Positions 46,603-58,555 of a stretch of DNA of 64,000 bases are shown piece by piece. The position numbers and the translations under genes were made by a program. How positions within the stretch are numbered: the stretch's first letter is position 1; each line of letters begins with the position of its first letter. Under the pieces are notes generated by a model, which was not told the DNA's origin, ran no database searches, and worked only from the letters and a program-made list of their open reading frames with translations. Source of the DNA: an uncultured Gammaproteobacteria bacterium (GTDB lineage Bacteria; Patescibacteriota; Microgenomatia; Daviesbacterales; UBA10151); contig CAZCNP010000001.1 of NCBI GenBank assembly GCA_964500725.1, positions 766-64,765 on the forward strand, in the 5' to 3' direction.

Positions 46603-48365
46603 TTATCAGTCCATTTAGTTTCTGGAGTCTCCACCCTTCCTAATTTTTGACCTAATAACAAAACGAAAGATAGCAGATAACTATAAAACTTACCATGATA
46701 ATGTACCGAAGCTTTTTTTAGTAACTCATAAGCTTTTTCGCGGCCAATTCTTTTAGTAGAACCTCCATGATGGTGAATAAACTTTGCCTCTGGCACAAAG
46801 AATAAAGGCACCCCGAACTGTTTTAATCTTCTGGCATATTCAATATCCTCAAAGAAAATGAATGATCCTTCATCTAATAACCCAACTTTATTAAGTATCT
46901 TCTTGGGAATGAACAAACAAGCCATTACCATCCCTTCTACCAGAGAGTGCTTATCGCCTGTAGGTAAATACATAAAATAAGACCCTTTCTGAGCCAGAAA
47001 ATACTCCTTAAATGCTCCAGTTAGGGTAGGCAAATGAAAAGCAGAATCTTGGGAAGAATAATCTGGAAAAACTAATTTTCCTCCTAAAACAGCCTTTCCT
47101 TTGAATTGCTCCTCAGCTTCTATTAATTTAGAAATGCCACCCTCTAAAACTTCTATATCAGAATTTAACATTAAATAATACTCACCTAGAGAGTACTTTA
47201 TTGTTTTGTTATAGCCTTTGGAGAAACCTTCATTTTCTTTATTTTGTAAATATTTAACATTAAACTGATTGATCCAACTTGAGCAAGGATCCAAAAGCCC
47301 ATTATCTAAAACTATTACCTCCATATTTTTTTCATCAAAACCAGATTTTTTATCAAAAATGCTTTGCAGGAGTTTTTTGGTTAAATCTGCAGTGTTGTAA
47401 TTTACTATTCCTATTGATAATTTCAAAGGATATTCTACGTTCCCACTTCCGATGTGGGAAGCTAAATTCCCATTTCCTGTTATGCCTAAATAAAAATCCA
47501 ATATTCCTTTTCTTTGAGCTGGCCTGCCAAAAATAAACAGCCATAAAGCCTCTCTAAGTAAAGCAAACCTAGTCCTTAATTTTCCATACTGCATCCCAAA
47601 AATTAATCTGTTTCTGGTGTGGTAATAATCTGTAAGTTCTGATCCTATTCCTGTAGACTGGGAAACTTTATGATAAATGCTTGTCTTGCCATTATAGTAA
47701 ATCTTAAATCCTGCATCTTTAACTCTTTTTGCAAAATCACTATCTTCAAAGTACAAGAAATATTTTTCATCTAAACTCACTTGTTCAAAAACTTCTTTTT
47801 TTACTAGCACACAAGCCCCAGAAAAAATCTCAGCTTCTTCAACTTGATCATATTGTCTCTTATCTACTTCATCTATTCCTCTGTGAATCGAGCCAATATT
47901 ATCCCAGTCAAATTTTCCCCCAGCAAACCAAATTACTCTTCCTAAATCCTGCCTTTCATACCTGTCTTTGTGAAATTCAAATCCAGGAGCAAAATAAATT
48001 TTAGGAGAAACCAAACCAATTTTTGAATCAGATTCTAATGTTTTTATAAGTTGAGAAATCAAATCAGCATCACTTACTTCACAATCATTATTTATCAGTA
48101 AAAAATAATCAGACCCACAAATTTGGGCATACTCTATACCTTTGTTAAACCCTCCAGAAAACCCCAAATTTTCTCCAGTTTGCACTATATCAACTTCAGG
48201 AAACTGTTTATGGAAAGCTTGTATTCTTCCATCTATAGATCCGTTATCCACAACAACAATTTTCAATTCTCCATTGTCAATTTTCAATTTCTCTAGCGAT
48301 TCTAAAAACTCTAGCGTGTCTTTTTTTCCGTTGTAATTTAGCGTAATTATTGCGGCTTTTTTCAT
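46599..48365 (-). CDS. Tandem two-domain family-2 glycosyltransferase (GT-A x2)
   Basis: Two ITLNYNG...VVDNGS and IVNYNT...VLDNG GT2 modules. The linker carries an in-frame REP-like insert at 47437-47463. Confidence 0.75.
   Translation of the reverse strand: MKKAAIITLNYNGKKDTLEFLESLEKLKIDNGELKIVVVDNGSIDGRIQAFHKQFPEVDIVQTGENLGFSGGFNKGIEYAQICGSDYFLLINNDCEVSDADLISQLIKTLESDSKIGLVSPKIYFAPGFEFHKDRYERQDLGRVIWFAGGKFDWDNIGSIHRGIDEVDKRQYDQVEEAEIFSGACVLVKKEVFEQVSLDEKYFLYFEDSDFAKRVKDAGFKIYYNGKTSIYHKVSQSTGIGSELTDYYHTRNRLIFGMQYGKLRTRFALLREALWLFIFGRPAQRKGILDFYLGITGNGNLASHIGSGNVEYPLKLSIGIVNYNTADLTKKLLQSIFDKKSGFDEKNMEVIVLDNGLLDPCSSWINQFNVKYLQNKENEGFSKGYNKTIKYSLGEYYLMLNSDIEVLEGGISKLIEAEEQFKGKAVLGGKLVFPDYSSQDSAFHLPTLTGAFKEYFLAQKGSYFMYLPTGDKHSLVEGMVMACLFIPKKILNKVGLLDEGSFIFFEDIEYARRLKQFGVPLFFVPEAKFIHHHGGSTKRIGREKAYELLKKASVHYHGKFYSYLLSFVLLLGQKLGRVETPETKWTDN
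47437..47463. repeat. REP-like 27-nt palindrome (ACGTTCCCAC TTCCGAT GTGGGAAGCT) in frame in the GT2 inter-domain linker (encodes ASHIGSGNV)
   Basis: Reverse complement of the pheT copy with one mismatch. Confidence 0.8.
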
Positions 48366-48381
48366 AATTTGAGTCCTCGAG

Positions 48382-48415
48382 AATTACAGTCTTTTACTGA
48401 AAGTAAAAGTATATA
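48382..48415. promoter_or_regulatory. 34-nt conserved palindromic element, copy 2, 17 nt upstream of the tandem-GT2 start
   Basis: Identical to 16423-16456 and in the same orientation relative to the downstream gene. Confidence 0.55.
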
Positions 48416-48433
48416 ACTCTTAAATCATAAATC

Positions 48434-49342
48434 TTAAATCACTTTTAACCCCTCTAAATATACTCTGGCTCTTTTGGTTTTGCCCAAAATAGAAAAAGCT
48501 ATAACCCTCAAAAGTAATCCAATTATTAAAAATATTTTAACCAAAATATAACTTGATCTGTAATGCTTATTAAAATAATACCTAATTCCTTTTAACTCAT
48601 TTAAAAATGAAGCGCTTAAATCAAAGTTGGTAGAAGCTCCATGCAGGTGAACCACCTCAACTTGGGGGTTATACCAAATCTTATATCCTTTATCCCAAAT
48701 TCTTTTGCACCACTCAACCTCTTCCATATGCATAAAGATATTTTCATCAAACCCCAAAGTTTTATCATAAACTTTTTTCTTCAGTATAAAAAATGCTCCC
48801 ATAATCCAACCAACTTTGTGGGCTTTAGAAAAATATTTTGTATCCTTAGGATGAAAAGCAGGAACTATTTTTTTTATAATAGGCAATAAACTCAGCCCTA
48901 AAATCCAAAATATAATATTTACAGGGTTTGGTAAACTGCCAGCGCTTGGCTGCAAATTACCAGTATGGTAATTAAGTCTGGCACCCAAAACATCACAGTT
49001 TAAATTAACTCTAAAATAGGCCACAGCTTTATATAAACTATTTTCTTCCAAATAAACATCAGAATTTAAAAGAAGAATATATGGAGTTTGGGTTTCTTTC
49101 ATCACAAAATTATTTCCTTTGGAAAATCCTAAATTAGTAGGGGAGACAATAGTTTTTACAAAACGGTAATTGGCTTTTATAAATTGAGCTGAACCATCAG
49201 TGGATGCATTATCTAAAACAATTACTTTAATATTATTTTTTAATTTTTTCTGGCAATACTCTTTAGCAATTTTTAATTTATCTAAACACTTGGCAGTAAT
49301 TTCTTTTGTGTTATAGCTTAATATAATAACTGTTAAATCCAT
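48434..49342 (-). CDS. Family-2 glycosyltransferase
   Basis: IILSYNT...VLDNAS.DGS GT-A motif. Confidence 0.75.
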   Translation of the reverse strand: MDLTVIILSYNTKEITAKCLDKLKIAKEYCQKKLKNNIKVIVLDNASTDGSAQFIKANYRFVKTIVSPTNLGFSKGNNFVMKETQTPYILLLNSDVYLEENSLYKAVAYFRVNLNCDVLGARLNYHTGNLQPSAGSLPNPVNIIFWILGLSLLPIIKKIVPAFHPKDTKYFSKAHKVGWIMGAFFILKKKVYDKTLGFDENIFMHMEEVEWCKRIWDKGYKIWYNPQVEVVHLHGASTNFDLSASFLNELKGIRYYFNKHYRSSYILVKIFLIIGLLLRVIAFSILGKTKRARVYLEGLKVI

Positions 49343-50262
49343 TACTTATACCTCATCCCCATCTTTACCCTAAATTTCCTAGAATGTTCTAATAATTTGA
49401 TTCCCCACAACACTAGATCTCTAAAAATTGGGGGGTACTTTTGATAGTAATGCTTCTTATAAAAAATCCTCATAGCAGAAGATGCATGAGATGCCACCAA
49501 TAACTTAGTTGCTTTTTCCACCTGGACTTTTGAAGTTGACCAAAGCCCCGAGGAAGACCCTTTATAATGAATGATCTTTTCGCCAGGATAATAATAGATT
49601 TTCCAGCCTTTTTGTTTCAGGCTATAGCAAAACTCTATATCTTCACCATTCCAAAAATAATCCTTATCCCACCAGCCAATCTGGTCTCCTGCAATTTTTC
49701 TTACCATCAAAAATGCTCCTGTTAAACAGTCAATTTCATGTACAGTATTTATATCCAAATATGATGCAGTATATCCTGCAAAAAAAGGAGAGCGAGGGAA
49801 AACTTTGGCAAGCCCGCTAAAATAAGCTAAGGAATTCCAAGGGGTAGGAAAACCTCTATGGCAAGAATAATCAAGCTTTCCATCAGGCAGCTCTACTCTA
49901 ACAGTTAAAGCTCCAATATCAGGATCAGATTTTAGCCTGTCCAAGGATTTTTGGATAGCTTTACCTACCACTACTGTATCAGGATTTAAAAAAAGTATTA
50001 CTGGAGCTTTGGCAAACTTTACTCCTATATTATTTCCAGCAGCAAATCCAAGATTCTCTTTATTTTCTACCACTTCTACTTGAGGAAATTCCTTTTTTAC
50101 CGCCTCAGCTGAGGAATCAAAAGATGCATTATCCACAACAATAACCTGCCATAAATCTAAATTCCCTTTATTGGCAAAAATAGACTTTAAACAATTTAGC
50201 AAAAGCTCTCTAACGTTATAATTGAGGATAACTATAGAAAGCTCAGGAGATATATCTGCCAT
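49342..50262 (-). CDS. Family-2 glycosyltransferase
   Basis: IVILNYN...VVDNASFDSS GT-A motif. Overlaps the downstream GT2 by 1 nt. Confidence 0.75.
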   Translation of the reverse strand: MADISPELSIVILNYNVRELLLNCLKSIFANKGNLDLWQVIVVDNASFDSSAEAVKKEFPQVEVVENKENLGFAAGNNIGVKFAKAPVILFLNPDTVVVGKAIQKSLDRLKSDPDIGALTVRVELPDGKLDYSCHRGFPTPWNSLAYFSGLAKVFPRSPFFAGYTASYLDINTVHEIDCLTGAFLMVRKIAGDQIGWWDKDYFWNGEDIEFCYSLKQKGWKIYYYPGEKIIHYKGSSSGLWSTSKVQVEKATKLLVASHASSAMRIFYKKHYYQKYPPIFRDLVLWGIKLLEHSRKFRVKMGMRYK

Positions 50263-50368
50263 GTGTTGATATTGTATAACAATCTGTGCTTAACCTCAAA
50301 AACTAAGTAAATAGTTAGAATCTAAAGTGCGAACGCTTTTTTGCGGCCAAACGAGCCACATTAAAGCA

Positions 50369-50779
50369 CTATCTAACCCTATGTCTTCTCTTTACCTTAA
50401 GCTGTGCTAAAGATTTTTCCAAGTTTGCTAAGGTTTCTGCATATTCTTCATCAGACAAAGTTTGCTCCAAAGCAGCCTGCGCTCTTTTTCTTGCTTCTTC
50501 TACCTCTTTCTCATCAATATCTGTTTCATATGTTGCCAAGTCAGTCATAACAGTTAAAATATTATCAGTAACTTGCAAAAACCCATCTCCAATTGCTAAA
50601 CAATCTTCTTTTGATCCCTTTTTAATTATTAACTGTCCTGGAGCCAGCTTTGCCATCAAATTAGCATGATTGGGGAGTATTCCTATCTCTCCATCAACTG
50701 TAGAAACATTAACCTGGGAAACCTCCTCATCAATTAATAATTTTTCAGGAGTAACAACTTTTAAATGCAACTGAGTCAT
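50369..50779 (-). CDS. atpC: F0F1 ATP synthase epsilon subunit
   Basis: MTQLHLKVVTPEKLLIDEEVSQVNVSTVDGEIGILPNHANL. It is separated from atpD by two opposite-strand genes. Confidence 0.8.
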   Translation of the reverse strand: MTQLHLKVVTPEKLLIDEEVSQVNVSTVDGEIGILPNHANLMAKLAPGQLIIKKGSKEDCLAIGDGFLQVTDNILTVMTDLATYETDIDEKEVEEARKRAQAALEQTLSDEEYAETLANLEKSLAQLKVKRRHRVR

Positions 50780-51012
50780 AAATAAATTATATCATCTACT
50801 CTAAATCTTAATCCATCTTGGGCAAGCTCAGTGTAGCGTCTAAAAGGATTTATTCTAACTGCTTGCTCGTTGTGATTACCGTTTAATCTATAATGCTTCC
50901 CACCCAAGGCTTTCATTCTCTCAGCTAACCAATTACCAATTCCTAACCCCCCTCTTTCTGCTTCCTCTTTTAGCTCATAAGGGTAAAGTGCAGACTTTAA
51001 TTCTCCTGCCAT
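50776..51012 (-). CDS. Hypothetical small protein / possible gene remnant upstream of atpC
   Basis: 78-aa ORF. The in-frame upstream extension has no start codon and reads RCRAAPGTHSADHGGCGYADLW. I could not assign a family. Confidence 0.3.
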   Translation of the reverse strand: MAGELKSALYPYELKEEAERGGLGIGNWLAERMKALGGKHYRLNGNHNEQAVRINPFRRYTELAQDGLRFRVDDIIYL

Positions 51013-51220
51013 CCATAAATCAGCATATCCACAACCTCCGTGGTCTGCGCTATGTGTACCAGGTGCTGCTCTACATCTTTGGATTAAAGCCTGTATATAC
51101 TTCGTATTTCACATATCTTTAAAAAAATCCGGCCATGTAGGCCGAATTGATTAAATTGATTAAGCTAATAGTGTACCAAATCTGGCCAAAAAAGCAAAAA
51201 TAGTGTAATATTTTAAAATT

Positions 51221-51586
51221 ATGTCAGATCATAATTGTGAAGCAGTCATAGTAACTTGTATTGACTTCAGATTTCAAGAATATATAAATAATTGGATTTC
51301 AGAAAACGTCACCCCAAAATCTTTTGATAGGGTAGCTTTAGCTGGGGGAGTATTTGATTTTGGTTATGTCTTAAAACAAGTTGAAATCTCCAAAAGGCTG
51401 CATCATATTAAAAAAGTAATCCTAGTAAACCATGAGGACTGTGGAGCATATGGAGAGTCAGGGACAGCCCAAAAACATGCAGAGGATTTAAAAGATGCTG
51501 CTTCCAAAATCAAACAGCAATACCCAGACTTGGAAGTAGATTTATACTACCTCCACCTAGATGGCACTTTTGAACCAATTACCTAA
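51221..51586 (+). CDS. Minimal beta-class carbonic-anhydrase-like protein (121 aa)
   Basis: TCIDFR (CxDxR) and NHEDCGAY (HxxCG) zinc-ligand motifs with Cab-like spacing. It aligns to the M. thermoautotrophicum Cab core and lacks the C-terminal third. Confidence 0.5.
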   Translation: MSDHNCEAVIVTCIDFRFQEYINNWISENVTPKSFDRVALAGGVFDFGYVLKQVEISKRLHHIKKVILVNHEDCGAYGESGTAQKHAEDLKDAASKIKQQYPDLEVDLYYLHLDGTFEPIT

Positions 51587-51641
51587 ACCTTAGTAACTAA
51601 TCTTACAGAAAAATCTTCAGGCTATAGCTATTATATTAATA

Positions 51642-52034
51642 ATGATAAAAGGAATCGAAAGCATTATTTTATTTTCTGAAGATGCTAAAGCTTTGGCAGA
51701 GTTTTATCAGGAAAAAGTGGGGCTTAAACTGACAACAGAAGCAGAAGTAGGGGAGGAAGGAGAAAGTTTGTATGGCTTTGAATTTGGTAGTGATAAACCT
51801 GCTTTATATATAATGAATCACTCAGAAGTAGAAGATGAAAATGAGGAGCCCGAAAGAATAATTTTTAATTTAGAAGTTGATGATATAGAGGAAGAAGCTA
51901 AAAAATTAGATGAGGCTGGAGTTAAAAAGATTGCTGATACTTATCATGTGCAGAATTACGGTCTGATTGCTACATTTGAAGATTTAGATGGCAACTACTT
52001 CCAACTCGTCCAAATCCGCTCCAGCGAAGCCTAA
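51642..52034 (+). CDS. VOC / glyoxalase-bleomycin-resistance family protein
   Basis: Glyoxalase-like N-terminus (IESIILFSEDAKALAEFYQEKVGLK) and an acidic core. Confidence 0.6.
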   Translation: MIKGIESIILFSEDAKALAEFYQEKVGLKLTTEAEVGEEGESLYGFEFGSDKPALYIMNHSEVEDENEEPERIIFNLEVDDIEEEAKKLDEAGVKKIADTYHVQNYGLIATFEDLDGNYFQLVQIRSSEA

Positions 52035-54282
<2,248 letters not shown>

Positions 54283-54289
54283 ATCTTGA

Positions 54290-54405
54290 AAATTTCTAAT
54301 TTCTAAGTACTAATTTCTAATCAATTTCTAATGACTTAATATCTAATTTAGAAATTTAGTCATTATGTCATTCTTTAGGTTAATTAGGTCAATTAGAAAT
54401 TAGGT
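54290..54405. repeat. AT-rich intergenic repeat block: five or more copies of TTAGAAATT / AATTTCTAA between atpA and atpG
   Basis: Direct reading. The same ATTAGAAATT motif is repeated at 39940-39985 downstream of the four-helix-bundle gene. Confidence 0.45.
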
Positions 54406-54408
54406 TAA

Positions 54409-55929
54409 TTATTTTTTTCCTCCTTTTACTTCTTTGTTTCCTTTCATAAACATACTTACAAACTCTTTAGTAGTCTTCTCCAAATTCTTAATCATCCCTT
54501 CATCTAATATCTTTTTATCTGCTATTTCAGCAAGCAGCTTCTTTTCCCTTAACTTAAGAAGAGCTAAATATTTTTCCTCAAACTCTTTGACCTTGGAAAC
54601 TTCTATCTCATCCATATATCCATTAGTTACTGCCCACAAAGCAACTACTTGCTCTTCAACTGGGACAGGAGAGTAGGGAGGTTGTTTTAACACCTCAGTA
54701 ATCCTTCTGCCTCTTTCTATTTGAGCTCTGGTTTGTGGGTCTAAATCAGAGGCAAATTGGGCAAAAGCCTGCAACGCTCTAAATTGAGCCAAATCCAGCT
54801 TTAATCTTCCAGCCACGCTTTTCATAGCTTTGGTTTGAGCATCTCCACCAACCCTGGAAACAGAAATACCCACATTTAAGGCTGGCCTAACCCCTGCAAA
54901 AAACAAATCTGGCTCCAAATAAATTTGTCCATCAGTAATAGAAATAACATTAGTAGGAATATAAGCAGACACATCAGAAGCTTGAGTTTCAATTACTGGC
55001 AAAGCAGTGAGTGACCCGCCACCATATTCTTTATTCAACTTAGCAGCTCTTTCTAGTAACCTGGAATGAAGGTAAAAAACATCTCCAGGGTAAGCTTCTC
55101 TTCCAGAAGGTCTTCTTAAAAGCAGAGACATTTGCCTATATGCCCAGGCATGTTTAGATAAATCATCATAAATAATCAAAGCATCTTTTCCAGCATCCAT
55201 AAAATATTCACCCATTGCTACCCCGGAGTAAGGAGCAAGATACTGCATTGTTGCAGAATCAGAAGCAGAGGCAGAAACTACAATAGTATGTTCCATTGCT
55301 CCAGCTTCTTCAAGCTTTGCAACCAGCTGGACAACTTTGGAAGTTTTCTGGCCAATAGCCACATAAATACAAATCACATCTTTTTGATTAATAATGGTGT
55401 CTATGGCAATAGTAGTTTTTCCTGTACCTCTATCACCAATAATTAACTCTCTCTGACCCCTACCAATAGGGATTAAAGCATCAATTGCTTTGATTCCTGT
55501 TTGCAGGGGAGTATTAACTTTTTGTCTGGTAATAACCCCTGAGGCAATTTTCTCAACAGGGTAACTTGTTTTTGTTTTAATTGGACCTTTTCCATCAATT
55601 GGGTTACCCAAAGCGTCAACCACTCTGCCAATTAAAGCCTCACCAACAGGCACTTGTAGAACTTGTCCTGTAGTTTCAACCGTATCTCCTTCTTTTATCT
55701 TGGTAAAATCTCCAAAAATAACAGCGCCAACTCCATATTCTTCTAAGTTCAAAGCCAGCCCAGTAACTCCTTTTCCAAAATCAATCAGCTCTGAGTACTG
55801 AACATCAGACAAACCCTCAATTCTGGCAACACCATCACCAATTTCTGTAACAGTTCCAGTATTTTGCCTTTGGGCTTTTAATTTCAGGCCCTGTATATCT
55901 TTTTCAATTTGTGCAATTAGATCAGCCAC
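54409..55929 (-). CDS. atpA: F0F1 ATP synthase alpha subunit
   Basis: GDRGTGKT P-loop, full-length alpha. Confidence 0.95.
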   Translation of the reverse strand: MADLIAQIEKDIQGLKLKAQRQNTGTVTEIGDGVARIEGLSDVQYSELIDFGKGVTGLALNLEEYGVGAVIFGDFTKIKEGDTVETTGQVLQVPVGEALIGRVVDALGNPIDGKGPIKTKTSYPVEKIASGVITRQKVNTPLQTGIKAIDALIPIGRGQRELIIGDRGTGKTTIAIDTIINQKDVICIYVAIGQKTSKVVQLVAKLEEAGAMEHTIVVSASASDSATMQYLAPYSGVAMGEYFMDAGKDALIIYDDLSKHAWAYRQMSLLLRRPSGREAYPGDVFYLHSRLLERAAKLNKEYGGGSLTALPVIETQASDVSAYIPTNVISITDGQIYLEPDLFFAGVRPALNVGISVSRVGGDAQTKAMKSVAGRLKLDLAQFRALQAFAQFASDLDPQTRAQIERGRRITEVLKQPPYSPVPVEEQVVALWAVTNGYMDEIEVSKVKEFEEKYLALLKLREKKLLAEIADKKILDEGMIKNLEKTTKEFVSMFMKGNKEVKGGKK

Positions 55930-56317
55930 GGATAGCCTCCTTTACCTGGTCAATCTTCCCTCTTACTGACTCATCCCAAGTCTCATCACCAATTTTTAAT
56001 TTAAATCCACCTAAAATTTCTGGATTGATGCTAACTAAAACTTTTGTTATTTTAACCTTTTTTTCAATAATTTTCTTGGCCCTTTTTACCTGAGAGGTAG
56101 ACAAGGGGATAGATGTTTCTATATACATAGTATGTTCTCTTTCTGTCCTTTTTAATCCTTTTAAATATTCAGACAAAGCAAAAATAGATTGGGATGTTGG
56201 TAAGGATTTGAGGATTTTAATAGTTTTGACTACCTCTTTCTCAATAAGTCTGCCATCTATAAAACTAGACTCAGTCAGCTTATGTATTATTTTTAACAAC
56301 TGTTTATCCTTTTTCAT
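55922..56317 (-). CDS. atpH: F0F1 ATP synthase delta subunit (short, OSCP C-terminal-like)
   Basis: Position between atpF and atpA, C-terminal [21 protein letters not shown]. Confidence 0.7.
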   Translation of the reverse strand: MKKDKQLLKIIHKLTESSFIDGRLIEKEVVKTIKILKSLPTSQSIFALSEYLKGLKRTEREHTMYIETSIPLSTSQVKRAKKIIEKKVKITKVLVSINPEILGGFKLKIGDETWDESVRGKIDQVKEAIRG

Positions 56318-56320
56318 ACT

Positions 56321-56811
56321 TTATGATAGGTTTTTCATACCCTTTTCTATTATATCTTTCTGATTTTTGTTTAGTATTTTGCCTGTTACTTTTTCCATTC
56401 CTGCAGCCACTACCTCTGCCACTCTGGCCATAACTTGTTGCTCCAATTGTTCAGCCCGAGCTATAGCTGCTTCTTCGCCTTTTTTAATAATCTGTTCTGC
56501 CTGCTGCTGGGCTGTTTGCTGCATTTCCTGTTTGAAAGCTTCCATTTCCTTCTTAGTTTCTTCTGCTATTTTTTGAGCATCTTTGGCAGCTTTTGCTAAA
56601 ACTCTATCTTTTTCTTCCTCTGTTTCTAAAAGTCTTTTTTCAATCTTTTCAGCATTGGTTAAACTCTCTTCAATCTTTTGCTTTCTTTCCTGCAAAACCT
56701 TAAGCAAAGGTTTATACATAAACTTTTTTAAGATAAAAAGCAGGACTAGAAAATTAACCACTTGCGCAGCCAAAAGTATTGGGTTAACCCCAAATTGGTT
56801 TAAGATTTCCA

Positions 56812-56812
<1 letters not shown>
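56321..56812 (-). CDS. atpF: F0F1 ATP synthase subunit b
   Basis: Single N-terminal TM segment then a long charged helix. Operon position. Confidence 0.7.
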
Positions 56813-57030
<218 letters not shown>

Positions 57031-57753
57031 TTAATGTTGCTCGCCATGCTTTTCTGATAATAACACCATAAAAGCTAGTGTTAACATCATAAAAACAGCA
57101 GCCTGTACAAATCCTACAATAATTTCCAAAAAATAAAAAGGGAGGGGTACTATAAAGGCAACAAGCGAAGACACTGTTGATAGTACTACCTCACCTGCAA
57201 ATATATTACCAAAAAGCCTGAAAGAAAGCGAGACTATTTTTGTTACCTCTCCAACAAGCTCCAAGATTCCCACAAATAAAAATATTGGATTTAGGGTAAA
57301 CCATTTTTTTAAATAATCAACAATCCCTAAATAGTAAATAGCAAAGGCATGTGTTAAAAATGCAGAGGTTAAAGCCAGTGCCAAAGTCATGTTTAAATCA
57401 GAGTTCATAGAGCGGAGTAGTGGTTCTTTATGGTAAGTAATGGTGGCAAACCCTGGTAAAAGTCCTATCCAGTTAGAAAAAAGAATAAAGAAAAAAAAGG
57501 TCATCACAATTGGAAAAAAGACTTTAGCTTTTTTGTCTCCAGCTAACCCCTCAACTGTGGTGTATCCAAAATCAATTATCATTTCAAATAAATTTTGCAG
57601 TCCTTGTGGAACTAAAGTTACTTTTTTAGTTGCAAGAAAAGTAATAAATATAATCACAGCCATAGTAATCCAACTAACCAAAAGAGTGTTGGTAATAGGG
57701 AAGCTATTAAAAAAACCCAGTACCTCGGGTTTCAAAACTATAGTATTTTCCAT
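57031..57753 (-). CDS. atpB: F0F1 ATP synthase subunit a
   Basis: Multi-TM protein with a conserved Arg region (LSFRLFGNIFAGE). Confidence 0.85.
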   Translation of the reverse strand: MENTIVLKPEVLGFFNSFPITNTLLVSWITMAVIIFITFLATKKVTLVPQGLQNLFEMIIDFGYTTVEGLAGDKKAKVFFPIVMTFFFFILFSNWIGLLPGFATITYHKEPLLRSMNSDLNMTLALALTSAFLTHAFAIYYLGIVDYLKKWFTLNPIFLFVGILELVGEVTKIVSLSFRLFGNIFAGEVVLSTVSSLVAFIVPLPFYFLEIIVGFVQAAVFMMLTLAFMVLLSEKHGEQH

Positions 57754-57797
57754 GTTATATATTGTGCCTGAATTCCAATTATTTTACAAGAAGCTTT

Positions 57798-57826
57798 TTC
57801 CTACATTCCCACATCGGATGTAGGAA
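57798..57826. repeat. REP-like variant hairpin (TTCCTACAT tcccacatcgg ATGTAGGAA), 3' of the transposase
   Basis: 9-bp inverted repeat that contains the family core TTCCCACATCGGA. Confidence 0.7.
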
Positions 57827-57832
57827 TACGAA

Positions 57833-58555
57833 TTAATCTTCACCATCAATTAGTAATCCAAACAGTGCAGGATCATAAACTTCAGTTTCCTCAACAAAAG
57901 ACTGATAATCTAAATTGGGATTAGTTTTGGAAAAAAATGAATTAATAAAACCAGTATCACAAAAAGGATGCTGTTTTCCAGATAAATAATATGAATAAGA
58001 GGAATAGGGGTAATGTCTACGTTCCCACATCGGAAGTGGGAAGCTGTTTCTATGTATATATTTTGATAGGTGAAGAAGGTATTCTTCTGTCTCAACTAAC
58101 TTGGCTTTAAAACTGCCTTGAAATAAAGAACCAACTCTATCATGTTTAGTATTAAAGTATCTTGTGTAACTATCTGCTAATCTCCTTAAGAATTCTGATA
58201 TACCACCATCAGATATTTGCTGGACTAACAGGTGAAAATGGTTTGGCATCAAACAATAACAATATATTCTAACCAATTCTGTTTGATTCTCTATTTTTTT
58301 GAGTTTTATTACACCTCTTCTAAAATCTGAAAGTTTCATAGGTACAGGATATTTGCGGTAAAAATCCAAAGTTTCTAAAAACCTCAAATGATCTCTTCTA
58401 TCCATAAAGGTTTTTCTTTTTTCAACACCGCGGTTATAAATATGATAAAAACTGCCACTTACAAATGGGGGATTAACCACAAACTTATTCTCTACATTCG
58501 TGTTCCCACATGTCAAGTGGGAATTCAACTGGAAGAAACTAGTGCTTTTTCCCAT
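57833..58555 (-). CDS. tnpA: Y1 HuH transposase (IS200/IS605 TnpA-like / REP-associated tyrosine transposase)
   Basis: FYHIYNRGVEKRKTF, HuH motif CLMPNHFHLLV and a C-terminal catalytic YIHRN. Both ORF ends read through REP-like palindromes, so the true N- and C-termini are probably shorter. Confidence 0.75.
   Translation of the reverse strand: MGKSTSFFQLNSHLTCGNTNVENKFVVNPPFVSGSFYHIYNRGVEKRKTFMDRRDHLRFLETLDFYRKYPVPMKLSDFRRGVIKLKKIENQTELVRIYCYCLMPNHFHLLVQQISDGGISEFLRRLADSYTRYFNTKHDRVGSLFQGSFKAKLVETEEYLLHLSKYIHRNSFPLPMWERRHYPYSSYSYYLSGKQHPFCDTGFINSFFSKTNPNLDYQSFVEETEVYDPALFGLLIDGED
58018..58044. repeat. REP-like 27-nt palindrome (ACGTTCCCAC ATCGGAA GTGGGAAGCT) overlapping the transposase 3' end
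   Basis: Canonical family member. It shares both arms with the GT2 copy and differs only in spacer orientation. Confidence 0.8.
58501..58529. repeat. REP-like variant (GTTCCCAC ATGTCAA GTGGGAATTC), 27 nt inside the transposase 5' end
   Basis: Same 7-bp arms with a different spacer. It shares the GTGGGAATTCA flank with the recG copy. Confidence 0.7.

Larger units (their letters stand above)
57798..58529 (-). mobile_element. IS200-like / RAYT-like unit: Y1 HuH transposase gene bracketed by REP-like hairpins
   Basis: Hairpins at 57798-57826, 58018-58044 and 58501-58529. The span is about 730 bp and contains a single HuH-Y1 ORF. Confidence 0.55.

Noticed and set aside
51113-51150. GGCCATGTAGGCC-containing hairpin read as a restriction-site-like palindrome or mobile-element end.
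   Set aside because: It is a single 5-bp GC stem in a divergent intergenic region, with no repeat partner, so it is more likely a simple terminator or insulator hairpin.
57910-58095. 61-aa ORF MRQKNTFF...ASHFRCGNV. The ORFs at 47279-47536 and 47353-47544 are of the same kind.
   Set aside because: They arise from reading REP-like palindromes in alternative frames. A palindrome yields similar peptides on both strands, so these are not independent genes.
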